A stretch of DNA of 64,000 bases from a bacterium (GCA_963662285.2 CAXXMV010000002.1:96001-160000), one strand, 5' to 3'. Shown: positions 8,532 to 19,551, counted from the stretch's first letter. Notes: generated from the letters alone by a model not told the origin. A program made the numbers and translations.

Positions 8532-9836
8532 CTATAAAAACCGCAGTAACGATTCAATTCGTTGTTTGGCTGCGTCTGATTCAATCAAACCATTCTCTGA
8601 TAACATAGATAGGGTTCTGGCCGAGGTTTGAAACGCTCTGGCTCTATCATAAGAATCAATGTGATGATGCGGCGCGAATTGGTGAATGATCGCAAGAGGA
8701 TTGCCATGCAGAACCAGTTCCAGATTGCGCAACCAATCAATCAGTCGTTTGGCGCCTTCCTGTACGGTCCGGGCATTGTTGGTCAGCAACATATATTGCG
8801 CGGAACCCCATGATTGAGTCGTGCCCCAATTGCGCCCGATCATGAAAGGCGCCAGGTGCAAAGCGGAGATAACCTGTTCACCGATGGCCTGAATACTCTC
8901 TGACCATTGTTGAAGACTGCCATTGGGGCCGATATATTGAACTTCCACATTATCAAATGTTACCAGGTTGCTATCTGTTTTTTTATCCTCAAGCTCTTGA
9001 TTGACCGCGCTGAGTTCCTGCTGCATGCGCACATTGTAACTGCTTAAGCTTTCTCGCGTTTCACGTTCAGGGACGGTAAGTTTGAAATGAATAGTCGGGT
9101 AACCGGCATTATGCTGAGCTCGAGCCATATCGTTAATCAGTTGCTGTTGCAGTTTAACAACCAGAGGAAGAGACAACAGAGGCGACCGTCCGTATGGAGA
9201 CAACCCATCCGTATCCAAACCAAAATAGAAGAAAGATGCTGAATTGAGCGCGACAAGACTGCCATCAGACTGAATTTGGAATGGAGTATATTTGCGGGTG
9301 ATTGGATTCATCTTAAAGCGTATGGTTGCTGGATCGATAATGATAAAGCTTTCTATTCTTCGGTGTAAATCATCTAGAACCACTTCACCGCAAAACGCCC
9401 CATAAGTGAAAACGGAGAGGAAAAAACATTGCGTCAATGCTTCTACGCCTTTTTCCCGCTCGTTCTGAAAGCCATATATTCGCCTATCTAAACTCTGGAG
9501 AATTGTTTTGGCTTCCTGTTGACTAACCGCACTGCCCTCTTCAAACGAATATGAAAGCGGCGTAGTACAAAGCCTGACCCATGCCCAAACTCCGGCTGAT
9601 ACATCAGGAATATAATCTCGAAGCCGCCGAAGAATCGGGAAAAGAATGCGTGGATCCAAACCGGAGGGTAATAAATAACTGGATTCTGAATCTAGCAGCA
9701 TGCGCGGCTCACTGGGAAAGGGAAGTGAGAACGGCTTACTCGGCATAGTGGATTGTGGAATCCAGGCTACAGATCGTTTGTGATGCGGTGAAGATACAGT
9801 ATCTCGATTAAACCATTTACGAAGCGTATGTAACAT
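8532..9836 (-). CDS. Phage portal-like protein (orphan)
   Basis: TYGAFCGEVV, IIIDPATIRF, PYGRSPL, EQVISALHLAPFMIG portal-type motifs; start reassigned to ATG 9836 (GGGAGG SD). Confidence 0.75.
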   Translation of the reverse strand: MLHTLRKWFNRDTVSSPHHKRSVAWIPQSTMPSKPFSLPFPSEPRMLLDSESSYLLPSGLDPRILFPILRRLRDYIPDVSAGVWAWVRLCTTPLSYSFEEGSAVSQQEAKTILQSLDRRIYGFQNEREKGVEALTQCFFLSVFTYGAFCGEVVLDDLHRRIESFIIIDPATIRFKMNPITRKYTPFQIQSDGSLVALNSASFFYFGLDTDGLSPYGRSPLLSLPLVVKLQQQLINDMARAQHNAGYPTIHFKLTVPERETRESLSSYNVRMQQELSAVNQELEDKKTDSNLVTFDNVEVQYIGPNGSLQQWSESIQAIGEQVISALHLAPFMIGRNWGTTQSWGSAQYMLLTNNARTVQEGAKRLIDWLRNLELVLHGNPLAIIHQFAPHHHIDSYDRARAFQTSARTLSMLSENGLIESDAAKQRIESLLRFL

Positions 9837-10215
9837 TTTTTCCTCCCGAAATGTATTTAGGATTATTGGTTGGAACAAATAGAATGATTTGTCTGACAAA
9901 CTCTATTCCAGAAACCGCTCTAATTTTTCCGTAATTCTAAAATAGATCCCTCTACTAATAGGAGAAAAACCGCAAAAAACGACCTCTAAAATGCATTTTG
10001 GTAAGGAAATGACCTAATATCAAATAGTTATAAGTCTTATTTCTAACCTTAAAAAAATCCCAAAATCATTCATAATTGACATCGCGGCAAATAATACAAC
10101 TCGTCAAAAAGACAAAATGTTGATATCGTGTATTTTACTTAGGCGTTATACAAAAGAAATAAACAACACAAAAATTCATTATTACGAATAAAAAAGAGAT
10201 AGGACGGTCAAAAGC

Positions 10216-13200
10216 ATGTCTTCCTCGTCAAATGACGCTATAAAAATATCAAATTTCGCTTTAGTAGTGATTGCTATTGTGATTCTCGGTTCGGTATTGC
10301 GATTAGTTTATTTAGATAACATGGCGTTTCATCATGATGAATCGATACATGCGTATTATTCGCATGATATGTATAAGGGAAACCTTGGCAACCATACCTA
10401 TGATCCAACCTATCACGGCCAGTTTCTTTATCATTATGGCGCTTTATTTTTTCTTCTTTTTGGAGACACCGATACAGTAGCCCGTCTGCCTTATGTAAGT
10501 TTCGGGATTTTGATGTTTTATTTCGTGTGGCGCCTACGTTCATATATTGGTTCAACCGGAGTTATTGCCGGATTATTATTTATTGCGTTTTCGCCGACCT
10601 TAACCTATTTTTCCCGCTTCGCCCGGAACGATATTTATATGGCGACCATGGCTTTGGGAATTTTGCTGTTCTCGCTGGATTATTTAAAAACCTTAAAAGG
10701 ACAATATTTGGTATTAGCGGCCTTTTTTCTCGCGCTGATGTATACCTGTAAAGAAAACTCTTACATGACGGGATTCGTATTCGGCTCGTTCATCGTTTTC
10801 TACGGAATATATTATGTAATAAGTTATCCGCGAGAAGTCCGTAAACTTGCATTGACTGCTATATTCAAAGACCGGGCGCCTTTTACCAAGTTATTGACTT
10901 TATATGGTCTTTTTTCCTGCACGGCTTTTTCCTTAGTGGCATACGTATCTCATACCACAGAGTTCCGCGAAACCGCCCTATTATTCAAGGAACAGCGTAA
11001 TAGAGAAACCTTTGAAATATCCATATTGCGAGACGCATGGACCAGTTTCATGCAGAATCATCCCTGGTTCGCCGGTTGGGGTCAGTTTTTATGGGTATTA
11101 ATACCGGTAATAATCGCCGCCATACTATTTGTTCTCTATGGATATATATCCCGTAAATCTTCTACCAAGCCGGAAGAAGGCAATTGGTTTTCACGGTTCG
11201 CCAAAGAAAATATTGCTCTAGTAGCCAGTCTATTGGTTATCTTTACCGTCTATACCATGATGTTCACCAATATGGGGACGCATACCGCCGGTATGAAATC
11301 CGGCGTAATTGATTACCTGCTCTATTGGATGGGTCAACAGGGAGCGCCGCGCATCGCCGGACCACCGGATTACTACATTCCAAGATTACTTATTTATGAA
11401 CCAGCCTTGATTATATTCGGCCTACTGGCGTTTGTGATATACACCTGGAATGGATTAGGCCTAGTCAATTTTGTCGCCTTCCAAGTATTTTTCGGAGTAT
11501 CCGTTTATGCATATTGGAGCGTCGCCTTAGTGAAAACAGGTTCTCCGAAGTCTGCTCTATTGCTATGGTTGGTAGGAATATGCATTTCTATGGCGATTGT
11601 ATTATCCCAGAAGTTGGCCTCGCTTTTCTCCTTTATTCCTAAAGATTTAGAAAACAATGATAACTCAATTGATCCAAGAAATGATTCTTCCCTGGTTCCA
11701 AACGGCCTGCGCTGTTTCTTGATTTATTGGAGCGTTCTTTCAATATTGATTTATGCGCTGCTGGAAGAGAAAGTACCCTGGTTATTAGTGCATCAAGTGC
11801 TTCCACTGGCGTTACTTACAGGAGTTTTTATCAGTGATGTGTGGAAGAGACTGGGGCCGGGCGCTTTGCGTAACTTCTTCGCCATTGTTGTAGGCTTATT
11901 GGTAGTATACGAAGCCCGGACCGACCTGATATTGAATGTATATCATCCGGATGATCCACGGGAATTAATGATCTATACCCAAACCGATCATAGCGCAATC
12001 AAAGTCGTTGAAGAGATCAAGGAGGGCGCCGCGCAATTAGGAGCGGAATATATGCCCCCCAATCCAACCAAGACTATCGCATTTTTCCAAGGTCATTCGG
12101 TTTGGCCGTATGTTTGGTATTTTCGCAACTATATGACAGCCTCATCAGATAAAGGATTGCCTACGTCCGATATCCCCTTCACTATTGTTAACACAGAACT
12201 TGAAAGGAATATGACGGTTTGGGCTAAAGGCAATTACACCAAGAGGAAGATATTTCACCGCAGCTGGTGGCCTCCAGCGCTGGATACGCCTTTGAGAATA
12301 TCCACGCCCTCCATGCGCCATGAGATGCCATTCGCATACGCCAAAAGTAGAGGCCTAAAACCAATTGATGGATGGCGCATGTTATGGAAATACATCCTTT
12401 ACCGTGAAGTCTGGGGTCACCCAGGCGGTGTAAACGTCACCTTTTATAAACGGTCGCCATTAGTAGAGAATGAAGCCTCGCCAAAGGTTGCTGAAGGTTA
12501 TAACAATCCGGTAAGTCCATTGCGAGTCATTAAGACTATCGGGAAATATGGAAAAGCCGAAGGCGAGTTCATTGAACCAAGGGGCATTGCATTTTCTCCA
12601 GACGAATCCCGTTTATATGTTCTCGACGCCCAAAATGGCCGAATTCAGGTATTTGATAAAGAGCTTAATTTCGTCGGTTGGTTCGGCGGCCCCGGAAAAG
12701 AGCTGGGTCATTTAACCGTTGACGAAGGTGACGGACCCAATGGAGGAATCGCGGTCGGCCCGGATGGAACCATCTATGTCACCGATACCTGGCATGCAGG
12801 AACCGGCAGGATTAATAGATATACCGCCGAAGGAAAAGCCCTTAGCCCGCTTGTTCCAAGCAGGGGTGATTCATTCTACTTCCCCAGAGGATTGGCTATT
12901 GCCAGTAATGGTATGCTCTACGTAGCCGACACTGGGAAGCACAGAATTGTTCAATTTAATCCAGACGGTTCATACGCCGGCGCCTTAATAGAAAATCAAC
13001 TTAAAGAACCCGTCGGCGTCACGGTTGGTTCTAATGGTTGGATATACGTATGCGATGTCGGCATGCACCGTGTGGCGGCATTCAGCCCCCAAGGCAATTT
13101 CATGAGGCAATATTCGATTTTGGGCTGGAATCCGGAGATTGCAGGCGATATGGTTTGGATTGAACCCTATGTCGCCGTAGATCGAGTAGGCAATGTTATT

Positions 13201-13392
13201 GCATCCGATTCAACAACTCATACTATTTACCGCTTCGATCCTCTCGGAAAAAAGGTGACTCAAGCTGGTGGTGAAGGCAGCGGATTGAGTAAACTGCGTA
13301 AACCAAAAGGCATAATTATCGATTCGCATGATTACTTATATATCGCGGATAGCATGAATCATAGGATAATCAAAGCGCAATTCACTCGATAG
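10216..13392 (+). CDS. TIGR03663/Agl23-like GT-C membrane glycosyltransferase fused to a C-terminal NHL beta-propeller
   Basis: FHHDESIHAY, YDPTYHG, YFSRFARNDIY, KENSY, EKVPWL motifs; repeats F.EPRGIA, LYVADTGKHRI, LYIADSMNHRI. Confidence 0.85.
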   Translation: MSSSSNDAIKISNFALVVIAIVILGSVLRLVYLDNMAFHHDESIHAYYSHDMYKGNLGNHTYDPTYHGQFLYHYGALFFLLFGDTDTVARLPYVSFGILMFYFVWRLRSYIGSTGVIAGLLFIAFSPTLTYFSRFARNDIYMATMALGILLFSLDYLKTLKGQYLVLAAFFLALMYTCKENSYMTGFVFGSFIVFYGIYYVISYPREVRKLALTAIFKDRAPFTKLLTLYGLFSCTAFSLVAYVSHTTEFRETALLFKEQRNRETFEISILRDAWTSFMQNHPWFAGWGQFLWVLIPVIIAAILFVLYGYISRKSSTKPEEGNWFSRFAKENIALVASLLVIFTVYTMMFTNMGTHTAGMKSGVIDYLLYWMGQQGAPRIAGPPDYYIPRLLIYEPALIIFGLLAFVIYTWNGLGLVNFVAFQVFFGVSVYAYWSVALVKTGSPKSALLLWLVGICISMAIVLSQKLASLFSFIPKDLENNDNSIDPRNDSSLVPNGLRCFLIYWSVLSILIYALLEEKVPWLLVHQVLPLALLTGVFISDVWKRLGPGALRNFFAIVVGLLVVYEARTDLILNVYHPDDPRELMIYTQTDHSAIKVVEEIKEGAAQLGAEYMPPNPTKTIAFFQGHSVWPYVWYFRNYMTASSDKGLPTSDIPFTIVNTELERNMTVWAKGNYTKRKIFHRSWWPPALDTPLRISTPSMRHEMPFAYAKSRGLKPIDGWRMLWKYILYREVWGHPGGVNVTFYKRSPLVENEASPKVAEGYNNPVSPLRVIKTIGKYGKAEGEFIEPRGIAFSPDESRLYVLDAQNGRIQVFDKELNFVGWFGGPGKELGHLTVDEGDGPNGGIAVGPDGTIYVTDTWHAGTGRINRYTAEGKALSPLVPSRGDSFYFPRGLAIASNGMLYVADTGKHRIVQFNPDGSYAGALIENQLKEPVGVTVGSNGWIYVCDVGMHRVAAFSPQGNFMRQYSILGWNPEIAGDMVWIEPYVAVDRVGNVIASDSTTHTIYRFDPLGKKVTQAGGEGSGLSKLRKPKGIIIDSHDYLYIADSMNHRIIKAQFTR

Positions 13393-13653
13393 AAACAATG
13401 CTATGCTGATGTATATGCCGATTGTCAACGCTGCATTTGTTCAAAAGCTCTTATCCCACAGGGAGAGAGGGCAGAGTAAGCGTAAAACAAGTTTGGCGCA
13501 TTATGAAAATTTTTCATGAAAATTATGACAAGGAAATTATTCTTCGATGCAATAATGAAAAATAATTTGCTCCTTTGACAATATAAATGATAAGATAAGA
13601 TATAGTTACTATTTAACATATATGATCCTGATAGTACTAGGAGAGTTGAATCT

Positions 13654-14649
13654 GTGCAGGGCAAATCAACGATATCGTTCGTTAATACCTTGAACTCCTT
13701 GGAAGAACCGCTAACGCTTATCGCAGCAGGCGTATCGGATGCCAACGGAGATTACCTTGTTTTTTTGCGCAAACAAGGTTTTATCATAGAAACATATCCC
13801 ACTATCAAAGGACTCCAGGAACACATCCTTGCTAATATTCCAAATATATTGTTGCTCGATTTAGATGCATTAGGGCAAGATATAATTCAGATTATCGCCC
13901 GCTTAAAAGCAAATCCGATGACCTATACCAAACCGGTCATTATTGTTGTTGGAGAGCGTGATTTAGAGAGCGAAATAAGAACTCTGGAAGCTGGCGCCGA
14001 AGATTTTATCGAGAAGCCTTTTCCCAGCCAATTGCTGTCCGCCCGCATTCAAACCAGCGTTCGACGCAATATCCGTTTGCAGGTATCTAATCCTTTAACC
14101 GGCTTGCCCGGCGCCGTTTATATTGAGGAATTGACCAGCAAGCGCTTGATCGAAAAAGACAAAGTTGCGATGTGCTACACTGATATAAACGATTTTAAGG
14201 CCTTTAACGACAAGTATGGATATAGACGCGGAGACAATGTTCTCCGCATCCTGGCTACCATTCTAAACGAATCGATAGGCATGTTCTCTAATGAGGGCGA
14301 TTTTGTCGGCCATATCGGCGGAGATGATTTTGTATTGATTGTGGATTATGAAAGAATTGACGAATCCTGTGCATATGTAACTCAAAGTTTTGATACATTG
14401 ATACCCTATCAGTATGACCAGAAAGATAGAGAACAAGGATATATAATCTCTAGCAACCGCCAAGGTGAGGAGATGCGCTTTCCTATCATGACCGTATCGA
14501 TAGGCATTGTAACAAATGAAACCAGAGATATTCAAAGTTATTTGCTAATGACAGAGTTAGCTGCTGAAATGAAGACATTCGCCAAAAACCACAGTAAATC
14601 TTCAAATCCCCCCAAGAGCCTTTATAAGATAGACAAACGAGTTGAATAG
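13654..14649 (+). CDS. Response regulator / diguanylate cyclase (REC-GGDEF)
   Basis: REC (LLLD, GAEDFIEKPF), NPLTGLPG, DINDFKAFNDKYG, HIGGDDF. Confidence 0.92.
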   Translation: MQGKSTISFVNTLNSLEEPLTLIAAGVSDANGDYLVFLRKQGFIIETYPTIKGLQEHILANIPNILLLDLDALGQDIIQIIARLKANPMTYTKPVIIVVGERDLESEIRTLEAGAEDFIEKPFPSQLLSARIQTSVRRNIRLQVSNPLTGLPGAVYIEELTSKRLIEKDKVAMCYTDINDFKAFNDKYGYRRGDNVLRILATILNESIGMFSNEGDFVGHIGGDDFVLIVDYERIDESCAYVTQSFDTLIPYQYDQKDREQGYIISSNRQGEEMRFPIMTVSIGIVTNETRDIQSYLLMTELAAEMKTFAKNHSKSSNPPKSLYKIDKRVE

Positions 14650-14816
14650 AAGAGATTAGAGCAATTATCAAAATTATGTTTGTTTATTATCACCTTTGGT
14701 CTTCGAATAAGCCAATCTTTTCTGTCTTTTCCGAATCGCCAAAAAGAACATTACTATGAAAAATACGCTAGTTGAGCTACGGTTAAAGATGTGTTTGTAA
14801 ATTTTCTCTGTGAAGC

Positions 14817-15872
14817 CTATTTTTTCCTTTGATGAAAAGCCATACGCTTATAATCATCATTTCTTTGCGTTGCAACATCCGGAGTAAAATCTTCATATCC
14901 GGTTTCAGAAGGCGGCCGGGTTAACTCCGGATGCACCTGATCCACTTCTTGAAGATGTTCATCCATTTTTTGAATAAATTCACTGTATTTTTTAGTCGGA
15001 GGCGCTTTGCTATCATCTCTGAAAGCAACTCCCATAGTACGGAGAATCTCTTCCATCGTGCCATGCCGCACAGCTTTATCCACTTTGATTATAATCCGCT
15101 CAGCGTCCTCATGAGATAAAGGGCATAGGTCGCCATCGCCTTCTCTCAAAAGAGTAGAAACCACTGGAGGAAGCAGATTATCTTTAATTGCCTTTAACCA
15201 ATATTCAAGATAATGTTGTTGCGCCTCATAAAGCCCATATTCCCAGGGCATTATGTCAAAATCATCCCAGCATTCGATCATCTCTTCTGGCCGGGTAGTA
15301 AAGGTTTCAAAAGTATTAAAAGCGACGCAGACCATCTGAGAGTCTGCATTTTTACGCCAATAATCAATCGCAAGCCTTAAAGAGCGATTCTGGATAAGAC
15401 CGATACATGCATCTGACAATATTTTCCGCTCCCTAAGAGAGGGAATAGTTCCAACAAAACAGATAAAACCTTTATAATAAGATTTTATTTTCGTACTACT
15501 GCAAAAGGAAGAATAAGCTTTATTAAGAGCGGCTTTAATCCGCCCCTGGTCAGCATCATCTGTAAGAATATCAGCGACATGAAGTTGCTTAAAAAGAACC
15601 TGGATTAAGTTCGGCTGCGGTTGCGATAAAATGGGTATAAATTCACACTTCCATTGAAGACGCCCGATCATCTTAAACATTTTATTATCTTTTTCTGCAG
15701 AATCACCGCAACGGAAAAAAATAATATTTGGACGAAAAGAGTGAATTGCGGCGGCTGACTGATTAAGAGAGACCACGCTTTGTACATCCAATGATGGAAT
15801 ATCTTTTACAGTATCGATTACTCTCTCGCTCGTAGCTGTATCATTATCAATAACAAGACATCGAGTACGCAT
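14817..15872 (-). CDS. Atypical receiver-domain protein with unknown C-terminal domain
   Basis: CLVIDND...PNIIFFR REC-like fold lacking the phosphoacceptor Asp. Confidence 0.55.
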   Translation of the reverse strand: MRTRCLVIDNDTATSERVIDTVKDIPSLDVQSVVSLNQSAAAIHSFRPNIIFFRCGDSAEKDNKMFKMIGRLQWKCEFIPILSQPQPNLIQVLFKQLHVADILTDDADQGRIKAALNKAYSSFCSSTKIKSYYKGFICFVGTIPSLRERKILSDACIGLIQNRSLRLAIDYWRKNADSQMVCVAFNTFETFTTRPEEMIECWDDFDIMPWEYGLYEAQQHYLEYWLKAIKDNLLPPVVSTLLREGDGDLCPLSHEDAERIIIKVDKAVRHGTMEEILRTMGVAFRDDSKAPPTKKYSEFIQKMDEHLQEVDQVHPELTRPPSETGYEDFTPDVATQRNDDYKRMAFHQRKK

Positions 15873-16180
15873 TTACTAATTCCCATTCTACGATAGATAA
15901 TAAAAATTTAGACGATTTCATATTTATAAAGATTATACCTGTTCGAAAACGACTTTAAGTCATAATTACTTAAATGATTAGAGGGATTTCGAAAAAAATG
16001 TTATTTTAATTTGGTATTGTCTTTATTAAGCTCTTCTTTACAGGTTTGTTAAACATTGACAAGAACCTTATTATTCAAACATCTCTAATATAAAATCATA
16101 AAAATGATCCTGCTGATACAAGGTTTATGTTTGAGAAAACTTAAAAATCAATCAATTAATTATTAATTAGGGATAATTCC

Positions 16181-17167
16181 ATGCGGCCAAATATATATGT
16201 AACACGCTCTATACCCCAACCGGCGTTAGATAAAATTGCGGATGCGGGATTTGATTTCGACGTTTATCCCGAAGATAGAGTAATTCCCCGTGAAATATTG
16301 CTGAAAAATGTGGGAAATAGAGATGGCATTTTATGCATTCTTACTGATACAATCGATAAGGGCGTTTTCGATAAAGCCCAAAAAGCCAAAATATTCGCAA
16401 ATTATGCTGTCGGTTACAATAACATTGATATTGACGAAGCCTCTAGAAGAGGAATTGCCATAACCAACACTCCCGGAGTATTAACCGATGCAACCGCCGA
16501 CCTGGCCTGGGCGCTTCTTTTTGCCGCCGCCAGAAGAATTCCTGAATCAGACTTATTTTTAAGAGAAGGAAAATTTGAGGGATGGGGTCCAGAGCTGCTT
16601 CTTGGCCAGGAAATAACCGGCAAAACTCTTGGAGTCGTCGGTTTAGGCCGTATAGGACAGGCTTTCGCTGGAAGAGCCGCCGCATTCAGGATGAAGATAC
16701 AATATTTCTCACGCTCGCGAAATGAAAACTTTGAAAAAGCATATCATTATGAGACAAAATTTGTTAATTTAGATAAATTATTAAGTACCAGCGACTTTGT
16801 AAGTCTACACGTTCCCCTGAAACCGGAAACCATCCATCTTATTGGAGAACGTGAATTAAAGCTAATGCAGCCGCACTCTATACTGATAAACACCGCTCGC
16901 GGTCCAATAGTAGATGAACCGGCCTTAGTTAAAGCGCTACGCGAGAAATGGATTTGGAGCGCCGGGTTAGATGTGTTTGAAGAGGAACCAAAAGTTCACC
17001 GGGATTTATTAAAGCTGCCTAACACGGTCTTACTTCCTCATTTAGGCAGCGCAACCATAGACGCAAGAACCAGGATGGGATTAATCGCCGTACAGAATAT
17101 GATAGAATTTTTCAGTGGGATGAGACCGACAAACCTTGTAAATCCAGAGGTTTGGAGTAATAAATAG
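16181..17167 (+). CDS. gyaR: D-glycerate dehydrogenase / glyoxylate reductase (D-2-hydroxyacid dehydrogenase family)
   Basis: AVGYNNID, TNTPGVLTDATAD, GLGRIG, INTARG, LDVFEEEP, LPHLGSAT. Confidence 0.88.
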   Translation: MRPNIYVTRSIPQPALDKIADAGFDFDVYPEDRVIPREILLKNVGNRDGILCILTDTIDKGVFDKAQKAKIFANYAVGYNNIDIDEASRRGIAITNTPGVLTDATADLAWALLFAAARRIPESDLFLREGKFEGWGPELLLGQEITGKTLGVVGLGRIGQAFAGRAAAFRMKIQYFSRSRNENFEKAYHYETKFVNLDKLLSTSDFVSLHVPLKPETIHLIGERELKLMQPHSILINTARGPIVDEPALVKALREKWIWSAGLDVFEEEPKVHRDLLKLPNTVLLPHLGSATIDARTRMGLIAVQNMIEFFSGMRPTNLVNPEVWSNK

Positions 17168-17243
17168 TATCGGGACGGCATAAAAAAATTGGTCATATTA
17201 CAGTGGTTTTAATAATAACGATAAATTTCACATAAGGTGTTTT

Positions 17244-17771
17244 ATGATGGATATTATAGAAAAAGGCAAAAGACTGGCTCAAGATGGTAAATATGAAGAA
17301 GCTTTGGATACACTGGCAACAGCGCTTAAAAATGATAAAAACAATCCCGATTTACATTTCTATCTTGGTCTTTGTTACAGTTCAATAGAAGAATTCGCAT
17401 ACGCAAAATATCATTACGAGATAGCGCTCACCCTAAAACCCGACCATGACAAAACCAATATGGTTTTCGGTAGTTTAATTGACGTCGATGCCGCAAAACC
17501 ACCTGAGCGGCTTTTGAGTATTCAAACCAAAGAAAATGTCCGACCACCCGAAAACGCAGAATACGCTATTAAAAACAAGGCGAAAGAACCACCACACAAA
17601 AAATTAAACCCTAAATTAAATTTAAGCGAAAAGAAATGGGAAGAAGCATTTCCAGACAATCTTATAATAGCAGAAGAAAAATCCAATTTATTATGGAAGA
17701 TGATCTTCATGGTTATTGGAATCGCAATCGTGGCTTCTATAGTATATTATGGATTAAACTATTTTGCGTGA
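17244..17771 (+). CDS. TPR protein with C-terminal membrane anchor
   Basis: Two TPRs (GKYEEAL..., HFYLGLCY...A..HYE.AL.L.P) and a hydrophobic C-terminal helix. Confidence 0.8.
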   Translation: MMDIIEKGKRLAQDGKYEEALDTLATALKNDKNNPDLHFYLGLCYSSIEEFAYAKYHYEIALTLKPDHDKTNMVFGSLIDVDAAKPPERLLSIQTKENVRPPENAEYAIKNKAKEPPHKKLNPKLNLSEKKWEEAFPDNLIIAEEKSNLLWKMIFMVIGIAIVASIVYYGLNYFA

Positions 17772-17870
17772 TTTGCATAACAACATTCTTTTAACCTTAA
17801 AAAGTTCTGTTAACCGCTTTATCACAAAAAAAGTCTACTTTTTGATTATTTTATCGATTATCCCGGAATT

Positions 17871-17960
17871 TTATATGACAATGACGATCAATAATGATAC
17901 CTTCAATAAGTAAGCTTTTTTCGCATTATAAAGAATCAATTCTAGAGCGCCTTTCATCAT
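17871..17960 (-). CDS. Candidate small hydrophobic peptide (28-29 aa)
   Basis: Full SD AGGAGGTG immediately before ATG ATG; MMKGALELILYNAKKAYLLKVSLLIVIVI*. Confidence 0.35.
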   Translation of the reverse strand: MMKGALELILYNAKKAYLLKVSLLIVIVI

Positions 17961-18402
17961 CACCTCCTGATACAAGATTCCAAATATAAGCCAAAAAAGT
18001 TCGGATTTTTTAAGACCACGCATGATTATAAACCAATATAATTTTGATATTCACTCTGGAGCTTGCCTCTAATATAGAATTGGTTACGATATTTCCAGAG
18101 CAGTTTATAAGCGGAAAACAGGTAACATGCTGAATTATCATGGATTGTACTAATTGGAGAGATAAAATACCCTCGCAAGATCGGTCTTGCCAAGAAATTA
18201 TTTCGAAAAATAAAAAAATCCTAGCCAAATATGTTTTAAATACGATATTAAAAATGTGGTACTCTATCTTTTATGTTTTTACGAATACGTAATACTTTTG
18301 TAGCATTTATAATGAGGTTTTTTTTGATTAAGGCATTAAATTATAATCTTTGATATATATATAGTAAATTTATTTGTTTTAACTATCCTTTGAGGTGATA
18401 AA

Positions 18403-19551
18403 GTGAAGAATTTTGAATCATTACGCGTCCCCAAGTACGTACAACTTATGCTTCGTTTGCGTGACCAAATTGAAAACGGTTCTCTGAAACATGGAGATCC
18501 TCTCCCTACACGGGAGAAATTGATGAAGGAATACGAATTAAGTCTAAGTACCGTTACCAGAGCAATTTCAGAGTTGGAAAGACAGGGCTGGTTAATATCC
18601 CGGCAAGGCAGCGGAACATTTGTGGTTAAAAGAACCGAAACCAGCGATGAGGGAGTATCAGAAGGCACGACAGTCGGACTCCTGGTCCCTATTAACCGAT
18701 CTGATATTCAGCCGTTTGTTTTAGAATTTGTTCATGAATCCATCGAGCAGAATATTAATGTAGTTGTAATGTATGCTCCTGAGGATGAAGAATATGAGTT
18801 AAACCAGGCCAAGTTGCTGCTTGAAAAAGAAGTTAAAGCCTTGGTTTGGTTCCCTATTGAACCCAAAAGACATGTTAGCGTCGCTTCTCTTTTCCGCAAA
18901 AACCAAATTCCTGTAATTATTTGTGAAAAAGTGACGGACAAATTTGAACCTCCCTGGATTTGCGTAAGGAATGATTATTACGGCGGTACCAAAAGCGCTC
19001 TACAGCATTTCCTCGATCAAGGCCATAAGAGAATCGCTTATATTGGCCCAAAAGGTGGAGAGTCCGGTTTTGGTCCCATTATCGAAAGATGGAATGCATA
19101 TAAAGACACTATGAAAGAACACAACCTGTGGAATCCTGAAGAATTGGTGTTTACGCCATCTCTATTTAAGGATTTAACGGTTCATGCTCAGCGGCTGGAA
19201 TCAATCTTCAACCGTCCCAAATCTCCTACTGCAATAATCGCTTATGACGATACTACTGCATTGGATGCCGCCCATGGTCTTAAATCAATTGGATTGCGCG
19301 TTCCTGAAGACATCGCCATAATCGGGCATGGAGATTTCAGCAGCGGCAGATATTGCACTCCCCGCTTATCTACTGTATCGAATAGTTGGTCTGAGTATGT
19401 TGATTGTTTAATGAGATTATTGATGACAAAAGAGAGTAATGACAATAATCAGGAAACTGCTCAAAACGAGTGTGAAATTGTTATTCAACAAAGGTTGCTG
19501 ATTCGAGAATCAACTACTCAATCAACCGATGAAATGATGGCGGCAAGTTAA
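18403..19551 (+). CDS. GntR-HTH / LacI-type ligand-binding transcriptional regulator (AraR-like)
   Basis: PKYVQL..LPTRE.L...TVTRAISEL..QGSGTFV, then GHKRIAYIG, VPEDIAIIG.D, LSTV. Confidence 0.92.
   Translation: MKNFESLRVPKYVQLMLRLRDQIENGSLKHGDPLPTREKLMKEYELSLSTVTRAISELERQGWLISRQGSGTFVVKRTETSDEGVSEGTTVGLLVPINRSDIQPFVLEFVHESIEQNINVVVMYAPEDEEYELNQAKLLLEKEVKALVWFPIEPKRHVSVASLFRKNQIPVIICEKVTDKFEPPWICVRNDYYGGTKSALQHFLDQGHKRIAYIGPKGGESGFGPIIERWNAYKDTMKEHNLWNPEELVFTPSLFKDLTVHAQRLESIFNRPKSPTAIIAYDDTTALDAAHGLKSIGLRVPEDIAIIGHGDFSSGRYCTPRLSTVSNSWSEYVDCLMRLLMTKESNDNNQETAQNECEIVIQQRLLIRESTTQSTDEMMAAS

Noticed and set aside
8026-10216. Prophage around the portal gene
   Set aside because: No integrase, terminase, capsid or att-like repeats; neighbours are cellular genes.
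18170-18195. Sigma54 promoter (TGGCAAG...TTGC on minus strand)
   Set aside because: GG to GC spacing is 13 rather than 10; it is simply a GCAAGA/TCTTGC hairpin.
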